Below are positions 1 through 10,195 of a stretch of DNA of 64,000 nucleotides, piece after piece (position 1 is the first letter of the stretch; the number at the start of each line of letters is the position of its first letter). This stretch comes from Salinispira sp. (GTDB lineage: Bacteria > Spirochaetota > Spirochaetia > DSM-27196 > Salinispiraceae). The translations under genes were made by a program, and so were the position numbers. The DNA is taken from assembly GCA_965226555.1 (NCBI GenBank), contig CBDDDG010000010.1, positions 192,001 through 256,000 on the forward strand. Reading direction: 5' to 3'. The notes beneath the pieces were generated by a model. That model was not told the origin of the DNA and did not search any database. It saw only the letters and a list, made by a program, of their open reading frames with translations.

Positions 1-331
1 TACTCATATTGAAAGCGGAATTGTTGTACAATGTCAGAATGAGAGAAGTCAGCACAAAAATAGGGAACAGGCCATGAAAATGTTAAGATCCCGTCTGTAC
101 GATTTTTATAAGGCGCAGCAGGAGGCTGAAAAGCAGAAGCATGCTTCTGAAAAACGCGACATTTCATGGGGGAGCCAGATCAGATCCTATGTTTTTCAGC
201 CCTACACCATGGTGAAGGATCTCCGCACCCGAAGGGAAACCGGAAACATTCAGGCTGTTATGAACGGCAACCTTGATATTTTTATTGAGTCCTACCTGCA
301 GATGCTCTGGAACAAGAGATCGGGGGCATAG
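1..331 (+). CDS. prfB: Peptide chain release factor 2, C-terminal part (5' end outside window)
   Basis: C-terminal RF2 signature [21 protein letters not shown]...VMNGNLD. Confidence 0.9.
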   Translation, partial: THIESGIVVQCQNERSQHKNREQAMKMLRSRLYDFYKAQQEAEKQKHASEKRDISWGSQIRSYVFQPYTMVKDLRTRRETGNIQAVMNGNLDIFIESYLQMLWNKRSGA

Positions 332-339
332 CACTACCT

Positions 340-1779
340 ATGGTACGGCATTGGCGCATTATGGCACGCAGAATGAGTTTTATTGTTATAAGTATATGTA
401 CCCTCGCTGTTCTTCCCGCCCAGGGTTCCATGGAAGATCAGGCAGAGAAAGAGAAGATGATTGCCGAAGAACTGGAACGTGAATGGGTAGCAGTTGTGCT
501 GCCGTTTATTTCAGATGAACGGGACATTTTGCGGGCATCGCCGATTGTGCAGACCCTCCCCGATGTTATTGAAGAAAGCCTCAAGTTTCTGCGGCTGCGG
601 TATTTGGAAGACGGTGAACACAGCGGATACCGTATGTATCTTGATGAGCTCTTTGGAGTTGGTGAAATTGCGGCGGAGAATGTTCCGCAGAAACGGCGGC
701 TCCGTGTTGAAAAAAAGGACATTGCATCGAGCATTCGGAAGCAGTTATATTTTTCCGAGCTTCGATCCTATCTGCAAAGGGATGAAGCATTTTCTCCAGA
801 ACTTATTTCCCGTCTTCAGGAAGAAACCGGAGCCGATATTTTTATTGCAGGGAATGTGCGGGTAGAAGATCAGTATGTGTTTGTTGAATTTCTGCTTATA
901 AGTCCATATGTACGGGCAGCGGGCGCTGCCGGGCGGGAGGGGGTATTGCCGCTCACTTATGATCTGTTCAGCCTCCGAAGCATTGAGGCATTGAACGAAG
1001 TGCGGCGTTTAACGGCTCAGAATATGGGACAGAATATCTATAATGCTCCGGCCGGCAGTCTGTTGGTCAGTTCCCGTGAGGGGGCAGCGGATGAAGATGT
1101 TCGGGTATACATTGATGGGGAATATCGGGGAACAGCTCCCCTCTTTGCCGCCCCGCTTGCTGTCGGAGCCCACACCATGAGCCTGTACACGGGGAGGGAA
1201 CTTTTCCTGTCAACCGAAGTGGATATTCTGGAAAATACAACCCTGAATTTCGACATACCTCCGAGGGATGCCACATCTTCACCATTTGCGTTTAACACCT
1301 TCCCATCTGGCTCGAAGGTATATGAAGGAAGCACGTTTCTCGGATACACTCCCCTATTGCTTGAGCGGCCTGAAGAAAGGGGGTATCTTCAACTAACAGG
1401 AGAAAATATCCGGCAAAGCTATGTGAAGATCGATCCCGATACAGCCGATCATCTTTCGGTTGTTCTGCCGGAAAAAGGCATAGATCTGCAGAGCCGCCTT
1501 GTCCTTGACCGTGAACAATTTTACTTCGGTTTGGGTTTTACCATTGTGGCTGCCGTTGTTCCCCTGCTGATGAATGGAATGAGTGAGGATATTATCGGCA
1601 GCGATATATCAGGATTAAATAATACCCAACTGCAGGAGCTTAACAGCAATTTCGCGATCATTCGATCATTAACGCTTGTCGGTTGGGGGGTAGTCATTAT
1701 TTCTCTTGTGAATACACTAGAGGAACTTTTCGATTATCTTGCGAGCGCTGAAGCGTCGCGCTCCATTATCAGACCCTGA
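340..1779 (+). CDS. PEGA-domain exported/membrane protein
   Basis: Signal peptide; two PEGA-like motifs (VYIDGEYRGTAPL, PSGSKVYEGSTFLGYTPL); C-terminal hydrophobic segments. Confidence 0.7.
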   Translation: MVRHWRIMARRMSFIVISICTLAVLPAQGSMEDQAEKEKMIAEELEREWVAVVLPFISDERDILRASPIVQTLPDVIEESLKFLRLRYLEDGEHSGYRMYLDELFGVGEIAAENVPQKRRLRVEKKDIASSIRKQLYFSELRSYLQRDEAFSPELISRLQEETGADIFIAGNVRVEDQYVFVEFLLISPYVRAAGAAGREGVLPLTYDLFSLRSIEALNEVRRLTAQNMGQNIYNAPAGSLLVSSREGAADEDVRVYIDGEYRGTAPLFAAPLAVGAHTMSLYTGRELFLSTEVDILENTTLNFDIPPRDATSSPFAFNTFPSGSKVYEGSTFLGYTPLLLERPEERGYLQLTGENIRQSYVKIDPDTADHLSVVLPEKGIDLQSRLVLDREQFYFGLGFTIVAAVVPLLMNGMSEDIIGSDISGLNNTQLQELNSNFAIIRSLTLVGWGVVIISLVNTLEELFDYLASAEASRSIIRP

Positions 1780-1787
1780 GAGGCGCT

Positions 1788-2747
1788 ATGATGTTCGGAA
1801 AGAAGGGAAAAATTCGGAAATTATTTCAGAAGAAAACACGCGCGGAAAACTTTTACGAAGAGCTGGAAGATTGCCTCATTGAGGCTGATGTATCTCCACT
1901 GATTGCTTTTCAAATGATTGAAGAATTGAAAGTATCCGCTCCCCGGAATGCGGATGATGTACTGCAGTTCATCCGTACAAAGCTTGAGGGGCTGATTCAC
2001 ACCCGCGAACTAATTCCTCCTTCCCCCGACCCCACCGAGGCAGACCCCGCAGCGCAGGCAAACCCCACAGCGAAAACCGGCTGCTGGCTTTTTCTCGGAG
2101 TAAACGGATCGGGAAAAACAACTTCTCTGGCAAAAACTGCGCATTACCTGAAGAACCGCGGAACAAAAATTATCCTTGCGGCGGGCGATACCTTCAGGGC
2201 AGCAGCGGCAGAACAGCTGGAACGTCACGCCGAAAACCTCAATGTCCGCTGTATCGGGCATGGAGACGGGGCAAATCCCGGAGCTGTTATCTTTGACGCT
2301 ATTGAACACGCTAAGAGCCAATCGAAACAACAGCCAAAACAACAATCGGAAAAGCAGCGCAGCGCGGGAACGATTGTGCTTGCCGACAGCGCGGGACGCA
2401 TGCATACAAAATCGCAGCTCATGCAGGAACTGCAAAAAATTGATCGGATCATCAGCAATAAAATTGATCGGGAACACTACCGAAAACTGCTGGTACTCGA
2501 TGCCACCACCGGGCAGAACGGTATGCAGCAGGCCGAAACATTCCATGAAACGCTCGGAATAGATGGAATTATCCTGAGCAAATACGACTCCGGCGCCGGC
2601 GGCGGACTCGCGCTGAGCATCTCCCAACAATTGAACATTCCCTTTGTTTTTCTGGGAAACGGAGAAAAATATGAGGACATTGCCCCCTTTACCGCAGATG
2701 CCGTCATCGACAGAATTATGATGAATCTGGAAGGAGACGATAGATAA
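1788..2747 (+). CDS. ftsY: Signal recognition particle receptor FtsY
   Basis: GVNGSGKTT, DTFRAAA, DSAGR, DATTGQN and GEKYEDI motifs. Confidence 0.95.
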   Translation: MMFGKKGKIRKLFQKKTRAENFYEELEDCLIEADVSPLIAFQMIEELKVSAPRNADDVLQFIRTKLEGLIHTRELIPPSPDPTEADPAAQANPTAKTGCWLFLGVNGSGKTTSLAKTAHYLKNRGTKIILAAGDTFRAAAAEQLERHAENLNVRCIGHGDGANPGAVIFDAIEHAKSQSKQQPKQQSEKQRSAGTIVLADSAGRMHTKSQLMQELQKIDRIISNKIDREHYRKLLVLDATTGQNGMQQAETFHETLGIDGIILSKYDSGAGGGLALSISQQLNIPFVFLGNGEKYEDIAPFTADAVIDRIMMNLEGDDR

Positions 2748-2749
2748 AC

Positions 2750-4195
2750 ATGAATACCGCCAATTCCCGTAGACCGCAGACAATTCTTATTATCTGCGCA
2801 ATCCTCTCATGTATGTGGGCGCTGTCCGCTCAGGAACTACCCGCGCAGGAACTGCCGGACTCAGAAAGCGGAGCATCCGAAGGACCCAGTGATCTTGAAC
2901 AGCTTATCGGAGAAATCAACACAACTTTACGCCAATCTCCTCAGCAATACTCCCTGAGACTTTTCAGGGGCAACCGACTTTTTATTGGCTCCGATCCTCT
3001 TTCGGAATCGCAATTTCACACCGGAAGCATATATAGTGAGTCGGAAATTCCGGTTTTTCGGGCAGATATTCTCACCCGACTACGCGTAGGAACTGCCCGC
3101 ATTGAATTTTCGCAGCCCCTCTCCCTTGAGGAACCGGAAGTGCTCCTGATGTACCAGACAGACATCATTTTCCCTGAGCTGCCGGAAACATTCAGCCACC
3201 TCGATTCTTCGCTGTTCGCGTATTTTACCGTCCATATACGGATGCTCTACGAATACGAAAACCTGCGCTTCAATTTTTACGGCGCGCAGATCGACGTTAC
3301 GGGAGAGCAACGGCGCGAAGGTTCCGGCAGGCCCGGAAGTTCCGGTGTTCTCCCGGGAAGTCCCCTGCTGATATGGCAGGCGCAGGGCGGGCAATCCGGC
3401 AGAGGTGGGCAAGCTGACATAGGCGGGCAAGCTGACATACAGGAATCCCGAAACCTTGCCCGCATACTGTTTAATCGCAAACAGGAGGAAACAGAAAACT
3501 TCCGTTACCGCTACAATTCCCGCGGGGAATTCTATGAATTACAGCAGGTATCGGCGAATTCCGAAAAACGCTTTGTAACACTCAATGAAAATGAGCAGGG
3601 GCTCCGGGTATTGATATTTGATAAAAACTGGTCAACAATAAGCCTGCGCCGCTTTGATGATAAGGGGCGTCTGCGCTACAGCGATATCAAAGACAATGTA
3701 TCAAATAATCAATCTACGACCCACATTCAATACCTCGACAACGGAAATCGGGAAGAAGTTGAAACTTTTTCCCCGGAGAACAATGAGCGCCGAACGTATG
3801 ATGCGGAGAACAATCTGCTCTCATCTCTCAGAAATTTTCCCGACGGCAGGAGTGAGGAACGGAGTTTCACCTATACCGACGGCGGCGACATTCTGCGTGA
3901 GGAATTTCGGGGAATTCTGAGTAACATAGTAACAACATATCAATATGATGGCGATGGCAATGAGGATAGCGAAGATGAAGTTTCCCGAATTGAAACCACC
4001 GAAGACGGATATATTTCACGAATTGTGGAAATAGATGACGATGAAACCCGTGAAACCCGCTACCTTCGCGGGAAGCCGATACTGAGAATTTATCTGAAAG
4101 ACGGAAAGCGCATAGCGGAAGAAGAACTTTTTGAAGATACCGTCATCAGACGCAGAGAATACGATACTGAACCGACGGAAGAACTAACAGAATAG
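2750..4195 (+). CDS. Hypothetical exported protein with YD-like acidic repeats
   Basis: 481 aa ORF with signal peptide; repeated YD/Y-x-D-G motifs in the C-terminal half. Confidence 0.55.
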   Translation: MNTANSRRPQTILIICAILSCMWALSAQELPAQELPDSESGASEGPSDLEQLIGEINTTLRQSPQQYSLRLFRGNRLFIGSDPLSESQFHTGSIYSESEIPVFRADILTRLRVGTARIEFSQPLSLEEPEVLLMYQTDIIFPELPETFSHLDSSLFAYFTVHIRMLYEYENLRFNFYGAQIDVTGEQRREGSGRPGSSGVLPGSPLLIWQAQGGQSGRGGQADIGGQADIQESRNLARILFNRKQEETENFRYRYNSRGEFYELQQVSANSEKRFVTLNENEQGLRVLIFDKNWSTISLRRFDDKGRLRYSDIKDNVSNNQSTTHIQYLDNGNREEVETFSPENNERRTYDAENNLLSSLRNFPDGRSEERSFTYTDGGDILREEFRGILSNIVTTYQYDGDGNEDSEDEVSRIETTEDGYISRIVEIDDDETRETRYLRGKPILRIYLKDGKRIAEEELFEDTVIRRREYDTEPTEELTE

Positions 4196-4321
4196 TCCCG
4201 CAGAATGTGTGGGAGTAATGCCGAACAGCACCGGCAAACCACAGATCGGGAACAAGCCCCAACGGTAATTTGCCGGTCTGTTTCTTATGATGAAGGATAA
4301 ACACCTCCACCTCCGTACGCT

Positions 4322-4921
4322 CTATTGATTAGCCGGTGAATCGATACCTTTTGAACGCGGAGGGTTCTTCTCTACATCAGCCTCTAAGCGTTCAAGTGCC
4401 TGCTGGGCATTAAACTCGGCAAAGGCAGCATTTTCATTTCGCTCAAAAACACTGCCTACCTCATTAAGGAGTGCGTCCTTGGGAAAGTGAACCATAACGT
4501 ACCATGTACCATCCTGAGCAGGATACTGTTCTTGGGTTATAGCTCCCCGCAACTCAATATTGGAGACTTCCTTGGTAACCTGCTCTACAAAGGAAACATA
4601 TTGGGAATCGCCTTCAGCGCCGCCTTCCTGGGCATAGTCCACAAGCATGGTCTCAACAGCTACCGATACCTGCAGGGCAATATCGGCCCGGGCACGGATA
4701 AGCGCCGTACGGCGAGAGAGCGCGGCATCACTAAGTTTGGCTACCCCCAACCCGACAAACTGATCTTCCAGCACAGGCGGGTTCAGGAAAAATTCCGGTA
4801 TATCTGTGAGCTGCGATGATCCCGTCTCAGTCGATTGGGCCGACATACAGGCTGAAAGTAACAGCACTGCAAGCACTGCCAATAGCAGGGATATCTTAAC
4901 GTGTATCTTAATCATATTCAT
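4322..4921 (-). CDS. LPP20-family lipoprotein
   Basis: Lipobox LLSAC; IPEFFLNPP...GLGVAK...A..RARADIA.QV pattern; RBS AGGAGG. Confidence 0.75.
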   Translation of the reverse strand: MNMIKIHVKISLLLAVLAVLLLSACMSAQSTETGSSQLTDIPEFFLNPPVLEDQFVGLGVAKLSDAALSRRTALIRARADIALQVSVAVETMLVDYAQEGGAEGDSQYVSFVEQVTKEVSNIELRGAITQEQYPAQDGTWYVMVHFPKDALLNEVGSVFERNENAAFAEFNAQQALERLEADVEKNPPRSKGIDSPANQ

Positions 4922-4945
4922 CCTCCTGATGAAAAAATAATTTTA

Positions 4946-4998
4946 GAAAGTTTTGCATTGGAAAATTACGCTTGCACAATTTCAGTAGCAAAACATTG
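4946..4998. repeat. Palindromic mini-element, long form (53 bp), flanked by TTTTA direct repeats
   Basis: gaaagttttgcattggaaaattacgcttgcacaatttcagtagcaaaacattg; TTTTA at 4941-4945 and 4999-5003. Confidence 0.85.
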
Positions 4999-5096
4999 TT
5001 TTAGTTATTGTAGAATAATCAGAATAATTGAGTCAAGAACAAAAAAATTCAGATTGTCTCTGATCAGTCGTTGCCAAACAGGAATAATTACGGGTA

Positions 5097-5696
5097 TTAA
5101 AATCGCACATCAGCACGTTCAATAATTTTCTTAATTTCCCTGCTCCCGATCCACGCTTTTATGTTAGTCTCAATGTGTATGAGCTCCATATCAACCTGAT
5201 ACAGTATGGCCTTTGTTCCCTCTATTTGATCAGTTACGGAAGATATTGTACCAATTATTATATAATCCGCCCCTGTTTCCTGACCAATGCGCTTCAGGCT
5301 TTCAAGATTTGCCTCCGACTGCTGATCGACACGCTCTCCGCGGATCTCTCCCCGTTCTTCGGCGCTGGCAACAAGGCTGACTAAACCTGAATTGATAAAT
5401 TCACGCTCAATATCTTTTGTAAAAACACGGGTTTCAATATGCTCACTGGAACGGTTACGAATGGAACCCACAATGAGCACCGGAGCCCGGCTTTCTCTCT
5501 CATGAAATTGATCTATCCAAGGGCGAGAAAGACTGTCAGATATCATTTCTTCTGCAACTAATTTTGAATCAGTATCATTCCAGCGTCCCGATAAATCTGT
5601 AACCGTATCGGCATCAGTACGGGTTACCTGTACAGTGCTACAGGAAGCAAGAAAGAAAAAAGCAGAGCAAAGAATAAGTAATTGTTTCATATTCAC
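5097..5696 (-). CDS. lpoB: Penicillin-binding protein activator LpoB-family lipoprotein
   Basis: Lipobox LASC; DLSGRWNDTDS, NRSSEHI and GADY..G.I motifs. Confidence 0.8.
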   Translation of the reverse strand: MNMKQLLILCSAFFFLASCSTVQVTRTDADTVTDLSGRWNDTDSKLVAEEMISDSLSRPWIDQFHERESRAPVLIVGSIRNRSSEHIETRVFTKDIEREFINSGLVSLVASAEERGEIRGERVDQQSEANLESLKRIGQETGADYIIIGTISSVTDQIEGTKAILYQVDMELIHIETNIKAWIGSREIKKIIERADVRF

Positions 5697-5744
5697 CTCA
5701 CATATTACATATGTTAATTTATTTCTCTAATTTATAACCTGCGG

Positions 5745-6788
5745 TTAACCATCACCCAACACTTCACCTGTTGAATTTAACCGCTGGGCTGTCAAATTTG
5801 CAAATAATTGCGACATAAGATCAGTATCAACAACTGTTTTAACTGTTCTAAGAGCAAGCATTCTGGCCATATTCGCTTCTGCCGCCTGTTCCCTGTTCGT
5901 TTCCTCAACAGTTGCAATAATGCTGCCAGCCTCATTGACAATGTTCAGAACAATGTTCCAGATGACTGTTTCATACCTGCCGGAAGACATAGTGAGTTGC
6001 AGGCTTCCCTGAACAGCCAGAATACCATCATCAGCGGTAGAAAAACCAAGGCGGCTGATTCCCTCGCCGATAAACGCAGCTATTTGACCATCATCATCAC
6101 CTTCTATGTCAACACGGAAAACCATTTCAGACTGCAGGGACTGCCGCTCCCTTTCTATATCTTCCAGACTGGTACCTGATGGACTGATCATTTCGGGAGC
6201 AATAATCTGCAGCTGTCCGCCAAGCCTTTCATTGACAGCGGCAATGACATGGGCGGCATTCAGACGGGCGTAGGCAGTCATAAGACTGTCTGCCGATTCT
6301 GCTGACTCCCTGAAACTTTCAATACGTTTATTGTTTGTGCGAATAAGATCCGCATAAATACTTCCTGTCTCATCCCGATTGAGATAGGCAATAATACTGA
6401 CAAGACCGGATGGATCGCTGACAGGCTCGCTGAAACGGACATTTATGAGTTCCTGCCTGGCCTGCACATGAATGTTATCAACAAGCTCCATTTCCCGCTC
6501 CGTGTACTCAGTATCATCTGCGGTCAGGGAACGGTAGGTATCAGCAATACGTGTATCTACGGCAACTTCGGAACCGAATATTCGAGCAAGGTTCCCTACA
6601 GCATCTTCCTCAGCGGCACGGCGGGTATCGCCGCTGCCCACTGCTGTCAGGTACTCTGCTTCAGGATACATATCTTTAGAGATGAACTCTTCTTCGGGGA
6701 CAATATCTCTCCAAGATTGGTCCGGCTGAGCGGTTGCGCAGGAGAAAAGCAGAGCAAACAGTACTATTACCACAGGCAGTTTCATCAT
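5745..6788 (-). CDS. LPP20-like lipoprotein
   Basis: Lipobox LFSC; YLTAVGSG..RRAAEEDA..NLARIF motif. Confidence 0.65.
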   Translation of the reverse strand: MMKLPVVIVLFALLFSCATAQPDQSWRDIVPEEEFISKDMYPEAEYLTAVGSGDTRRAAEEDAVGNLARIFGSEVAVDTRIADTYRSLTADDTEYTEREMELVDNIHVQARQELINVRFSEPVSDPSGLVSIIAYLNRDETGSIYADLIRTNNKRIESFRESAESADSLMTAYARLNAAHVIAAVNERLGGQLQIIAPEMISPSGTSLEDIERERQSLQSEMVFRVDIEGDDDGQIAAFIGEGISRLGFSTADDGILAVQGSLQLTMSSGRYETVIWNIVLNIVNEAGSIIATVEETNREQAAEANMARMLALRTVKTVVDTDLMSQLFANLTAQRLNSTGEVLGDG

Positions 6789-6794
6789 TTTTTG

Positions 6795-8204
6795 TTATCT
6801 CGGTATATAGGAATATATCAGGTTAAGATTATCTTTCTGATATTCTTTTTCCGCATAATCCTCAGAGAAAAGAATACTGTCAGATTCGTCATAATACTCA
6901 AGAACTATTCTGTGAGATCCCGGGTCAATACGAAATTCACCGCCATAGGCAAAACCGGGGTAGTAGCGCGCAGAGCGTAGGTCGGCCACCTCGCTCGCAT
7001 CTGTCGCTACATCAGTAAATACGCCGAGTACAGTTCCCAAGAGAGGATCTGCTGCGGATGCGGCATCTTTTACTCCTTTATTCAGGAGTCCCTTAATAAT
7101 AGTGCGCGTAATGGTTTTAGCATAAATAAGAGGTTCTTTCAGTTTATACATTTCAGCTCCGACATTCTCCAAACTTTCAACAAGTTCAAGATCTCCCTGC
7201 GGTTCTCCATCAACAACAACCTGTATACGCTTTACATCCGAACCGTGACTGTGCAGAACAGGCAGTTCAAACGTAAATTGGTAGCCCTCAGACATGGCTG
7301 GCCAGAACAGACTTTCAACATCTTCGGTTTCGAGTACTCCATCTTCATTTTCTTTTTGAAGAACAATTAATACCTGATTCGTAAAGGTTTTAATGAATAG
7401 GGTATTTGCCCGTTTTTCCGGCATTCGTCCGGTAAAGGCAAGGACATTGAGCCTTACCTTATCGGTTTCTTCCAGCAGGGGGCTGATATCCGGCTCGGGA
7501 AAGTCATACACGGCAGGCTGCGCCGCGAAGGCTCTGCGAAAGGCATCAGCATCAATACTTGCCCCATCCCAATTTCCATCGGCACGATATACCAGCAGGC
7601 TCAGATAACGCCCAAGAGCTGAATTGTGGAACTCGGTACTGCCCGCCTTTACTTCAACTTCATTGTCTTCAAACTGATTAAGTCCCTCAGCAAGTTCCCC
7701 ATACTTATCTTCAAGGAGATTGAGCTTGTCATTGAGTCGGTTAATTTCCACAAAAGCAGAGTCCAAGTTATTTTCGGCAAGGAAGGATAGTGCTTTGAAA
7801 ACATTTACGTATAGTTCCTCATATGGTTCGCCGGGGTAGTCGATAACAGTATCGTTCAGAAGGAAACTGCCAATTGCCTGCGTTACACTCGCGGTGAATA
7901 GTTCCTCCATGAGGCGCTCGGCCTCGCTGAGATACTCCTGCGCACGGGGATAGTTCCCTGCATAAAAATGCAGCATGCCGATGTCGAGAGACTTCAGTAC
8001 CTGATCGGTCTCAAGATATATTTCATCCTGCTGTTCTGGATCCTCCAGAATATTGAGGGCTTCCTCATATTGGCGATTGTTCGCAAATTCATCTACTTCA
8101 ACGAATTTCTCATTGAGGGTCACGCAACCCATGATAAATGGAACAAGCATTAATAACAACGGAAAGAGGGATCCCGTAGTTTGTATTTTAGTTTTGGTTT
8201 TCAC
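6795..8204 (-). CDS. COG3014-like TPR lipoprotein (commonly found next to lpoB)
   Basis: In-frame GTG at 8204 with RBS GGGAGG; lipobox IMGC; LLNDTVIDYPGEPYE and ADLRS motifs. Confidence 0.7.
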   Translation of the reverse strand: MKTKTKIQTTGSLFPLLLMLVPFIMGCVTLNEKFVEVDEFANNRQYEEALNILEDPEQQDEIYLETDQVLKSLDIGMLHFYAGNYPRAQEYLSEAERLMEELFTASVTQAIGSFLLNDTVIDYPGEPYEELYVNVFKALSFLAENNLDSAFVEINRLNDKLNLLEDKYGELAEGLNQFEDNEVEVKAGSTEFHNSALGRYLSLLVYRADGNWDGASIDADAFRRAFAAQPAVYDFPEPDISPLLEETDKVRLNVLAFTGRMPEKRANTLFIKTFTNQVLIVLQKENEDGVLETEDVESLFWPAMSEGYQFTFELPVLHSHGSDVKRIQVVVDGEPQGDLELVESLENVGAEMYKLKEPLIYAKTITRTIIKGLLNKGVKDAASAADPLLGTVLGVFTDVATDASEVADLRSARYYPGFAYGGEFRIDPGSHRIVLEYYDESDSILFSEDYAEKEYQKDNLNLIYSYIPR

Positions 8205-8238
8205 AGTATTTTGCCTCCCGCAAACTATAAAACAATAA

Positions 8239-8263
8239 GAAAGTTTTCCAATGCAAAACTTTC
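8239..8263. repeat. Palindromic mini-element, short form
   Basis: gaaagttttccaatgcaaaactttc; same arms as the other copies; no clear direct repeat. Confidence 0.65.
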
Positions 8264-8356
8264 TATACCTTGAGGAAATCAAACATATAGATAAGAGAAT
8301 CCTCATTATTTTCAACAAATAATTTATTCAGCCCTGAAATTATAGGCTGTTTTTTT

Positions 8357-8422
8357 ACTATATCAGTTACAATAAAAGTAGGTCAACCCTTTTTCACCGA
8401 TTTTTTGGGAAATAAACATTTG
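8357..8422 (-). promoter_or_regulatory. Sigma70-type promoter with upstream CAAATGTTTATTTCC motif
   Basis: TTGACC (8386-8381)-N18-TATAGT (8362-8357); motif at 8408-8422. Confidence 0.6.
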
Positions 8423-8516
8423 GGAAGCTCTGGAAAAAGCCCGCCCGTTCCCGTATGGGCACACAAGAACGAAGGGCGGGGCATTAATTGCCACAGTGTT
8501 GGCGACAAGTCAACTA

Positions 8517-8849
8517 TTACTGCCGGGTAAACACAACTGAGCCCAATGTTAGCTTATCTCCCTCAATGGAATACTCAACTGTACCCTCCCAGAGGAGTAC
8601 TCCCACTCTGTTTCCTATACAATTCGAGAACGTAAACGATGTCTCCCCGTTTTTATTTGCAGCCGAGTAAATACACGTCACATCATAAAAATGGTCTGTG
8701 AAGGTACCCAAAAGGGTGAATTCAATAGTCCAGTCGTCACCTGATGTATAGACACCAGTTTCTTCTGTCCAACGTCCTATGAATTCACATCCTATCAACA
8801 TAGTCATCATTACAACAACTATAAATAATGGCATTAACTTTTTTTTCAT
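8517..8849 (-). CDS. Small hypothetical lipoprotein
   Basis: RBS AGGAGG; MKKK + hydrophobic stretch + LIGC. Confidence 0.7.
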   Translation of the reverse strand: MKKKLMPLFIVVVMMTMLIGCEFIGRWTEETGVYTSGDDWTIEFTLLGTFTDHFYDVTCIYSAANKNGETSFTFSNCIGNRVGVLLWEGTVEYSIEGDKLTLGSVVFTRQ

Positions 8850-9106
8850 AAAGTTAGCCTCCTAAGAGTTAGTATAGAAATTCCCCAAGGGAACCTCTGG
8901 AAACTCAATATTCGGCAGTGTGAAATACTACGTTTCCAGATATTCCCAATGTTTTCTTACACATAACACATTCAGAAAAACACTGTCAACCCCAAAAATG
9001 TGCTGGTGGGTATACATGAGGAGAGAGAAAACGTACAAGGGGAGCATGCCAACATGCATGGATGATGTTCACCTACTAGGTGAACACGTTACTCTTATTC
9101 AAAGAA

Positions 9107-9454
9107 TCAATCTTTTCGAAATTGCGTCCATTGGACAGCAACACCTTCTGCAACTGTTTTAGTATCTTGGAAAAGAACAAAACTTGTCTGAACCACTGAA
9201 ACAGTAATGTCAATTACATCATCTACTCGCGAGCCATACAGCTCCTGAGCTTTTTCATTAATGAGGTTTCTTAACCCCACTTCACCAAGCGATACAATAT
9301 TATCCAGTTTTACTACTACTCTCCCGAGTATCTCAAACTCATCACGAACTATTGTCGCACTTGTTTCATTAGCAAAAACTGGAGTAACTGTTGTACATCC
9401 ATACATTGTTAGAAATCCAACTAACAATAAAATAACGATAGAAACTTTTTTCAT
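9107..9454 (-). CDS. Small hypothetical lipoprotein
   Basis: RBS AAGGAGG before the MKKVSIVILLLVGFLTMYGC start. Confidence 0.7.
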   Translation of the reverse strand: MKKVSIVILLLVGFLTMYGCTTVTPVFANETSATIVRDEFEILGRVVVKLDNIVSLGEVGLRNLINEKAQELYGSRVDDVIDITVSVVQTSFVLFQDTKTVAEGVAVQWTQFRKD

Positions 9455-9589
9455 ACTTCCATCCTCCTTATCTTTCGATCTTGAATAAGTGTTTTCCACA
9501 GCAAGTACAGCTTCCGCTCCATCTCGCTATTTTCTCCCCCCCCTATTTTTTAAAGTACAAATCGGAAAACAATCAGTCCCCGCCATGGA

Positions 9590-9826
9590 AACGGCAACAG
9601 GGGTTCCCGCGCTCGCTGCCGACCATGCGCCATTGCCCTGTGTTAGTTCTGTAATGGTATGGTTTGCGGCCGGCACAGGAACTGTAATAGTCTCCGACCA
9701 GTTGGTATTGCTGTCAGCGCTATGGAGAAGGTGATACTCGGTAATTTCGCTGCTGCCCGTATCTTCCGACACGGCCAATGGAGCAATTAGTTGCCCATTC
9801 CCCGCTTTAAGGGTTGGGCACGCATT
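9590..9826 (-). pseudogene. Fibronectin type III domain remnant
   Basis: DTGSSEITEYHLLH...TITELT/QGNGAWS aligns with the Fn3 domain at 55.5-55.8 kb but lacks the YDVRVRAVN strand and is frameshifted upstream. Confidence 0.7.
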
Positions 9827-9841
9827 GCACCCGGTGAGATT

Positions 9842-9875
9842 TGTGTGTGTGTGTGGGGGGGGGGGGGGGGGGGGG
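9842..9875. repeat. (TG)7 followed by a G21 homopolymer
   Basis: Read directly from the sequence. Confidence 0.9.
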
Positions 9876-10195
9876 TGATATCATCCGCTCACGGTGTTGG
9901 ACACCCGGCAGGTAGTGTAAATGAAAATTGAGCAGGATATGAAATGCTTTCCTTACATAATTTGTGCGACTCATAGTGTTACTCCTAACTGCCGACACGC
10001 CTATCGTATAGAGATTGTTGCACGGCAACAGTCTCATCGGTGATATTATAGTACCGTTCATGTATCTGGAGTGTCAACATTCCATATGAACTTTTTTGAA
10101 TTTTTCTTTCGATTTTTTGCTTTCTGGCTGTAATCGGTCAACTTTTTCTATGGGGAGTTGATACAATGCCGGAAAATTTTATACAATGGCAATAT

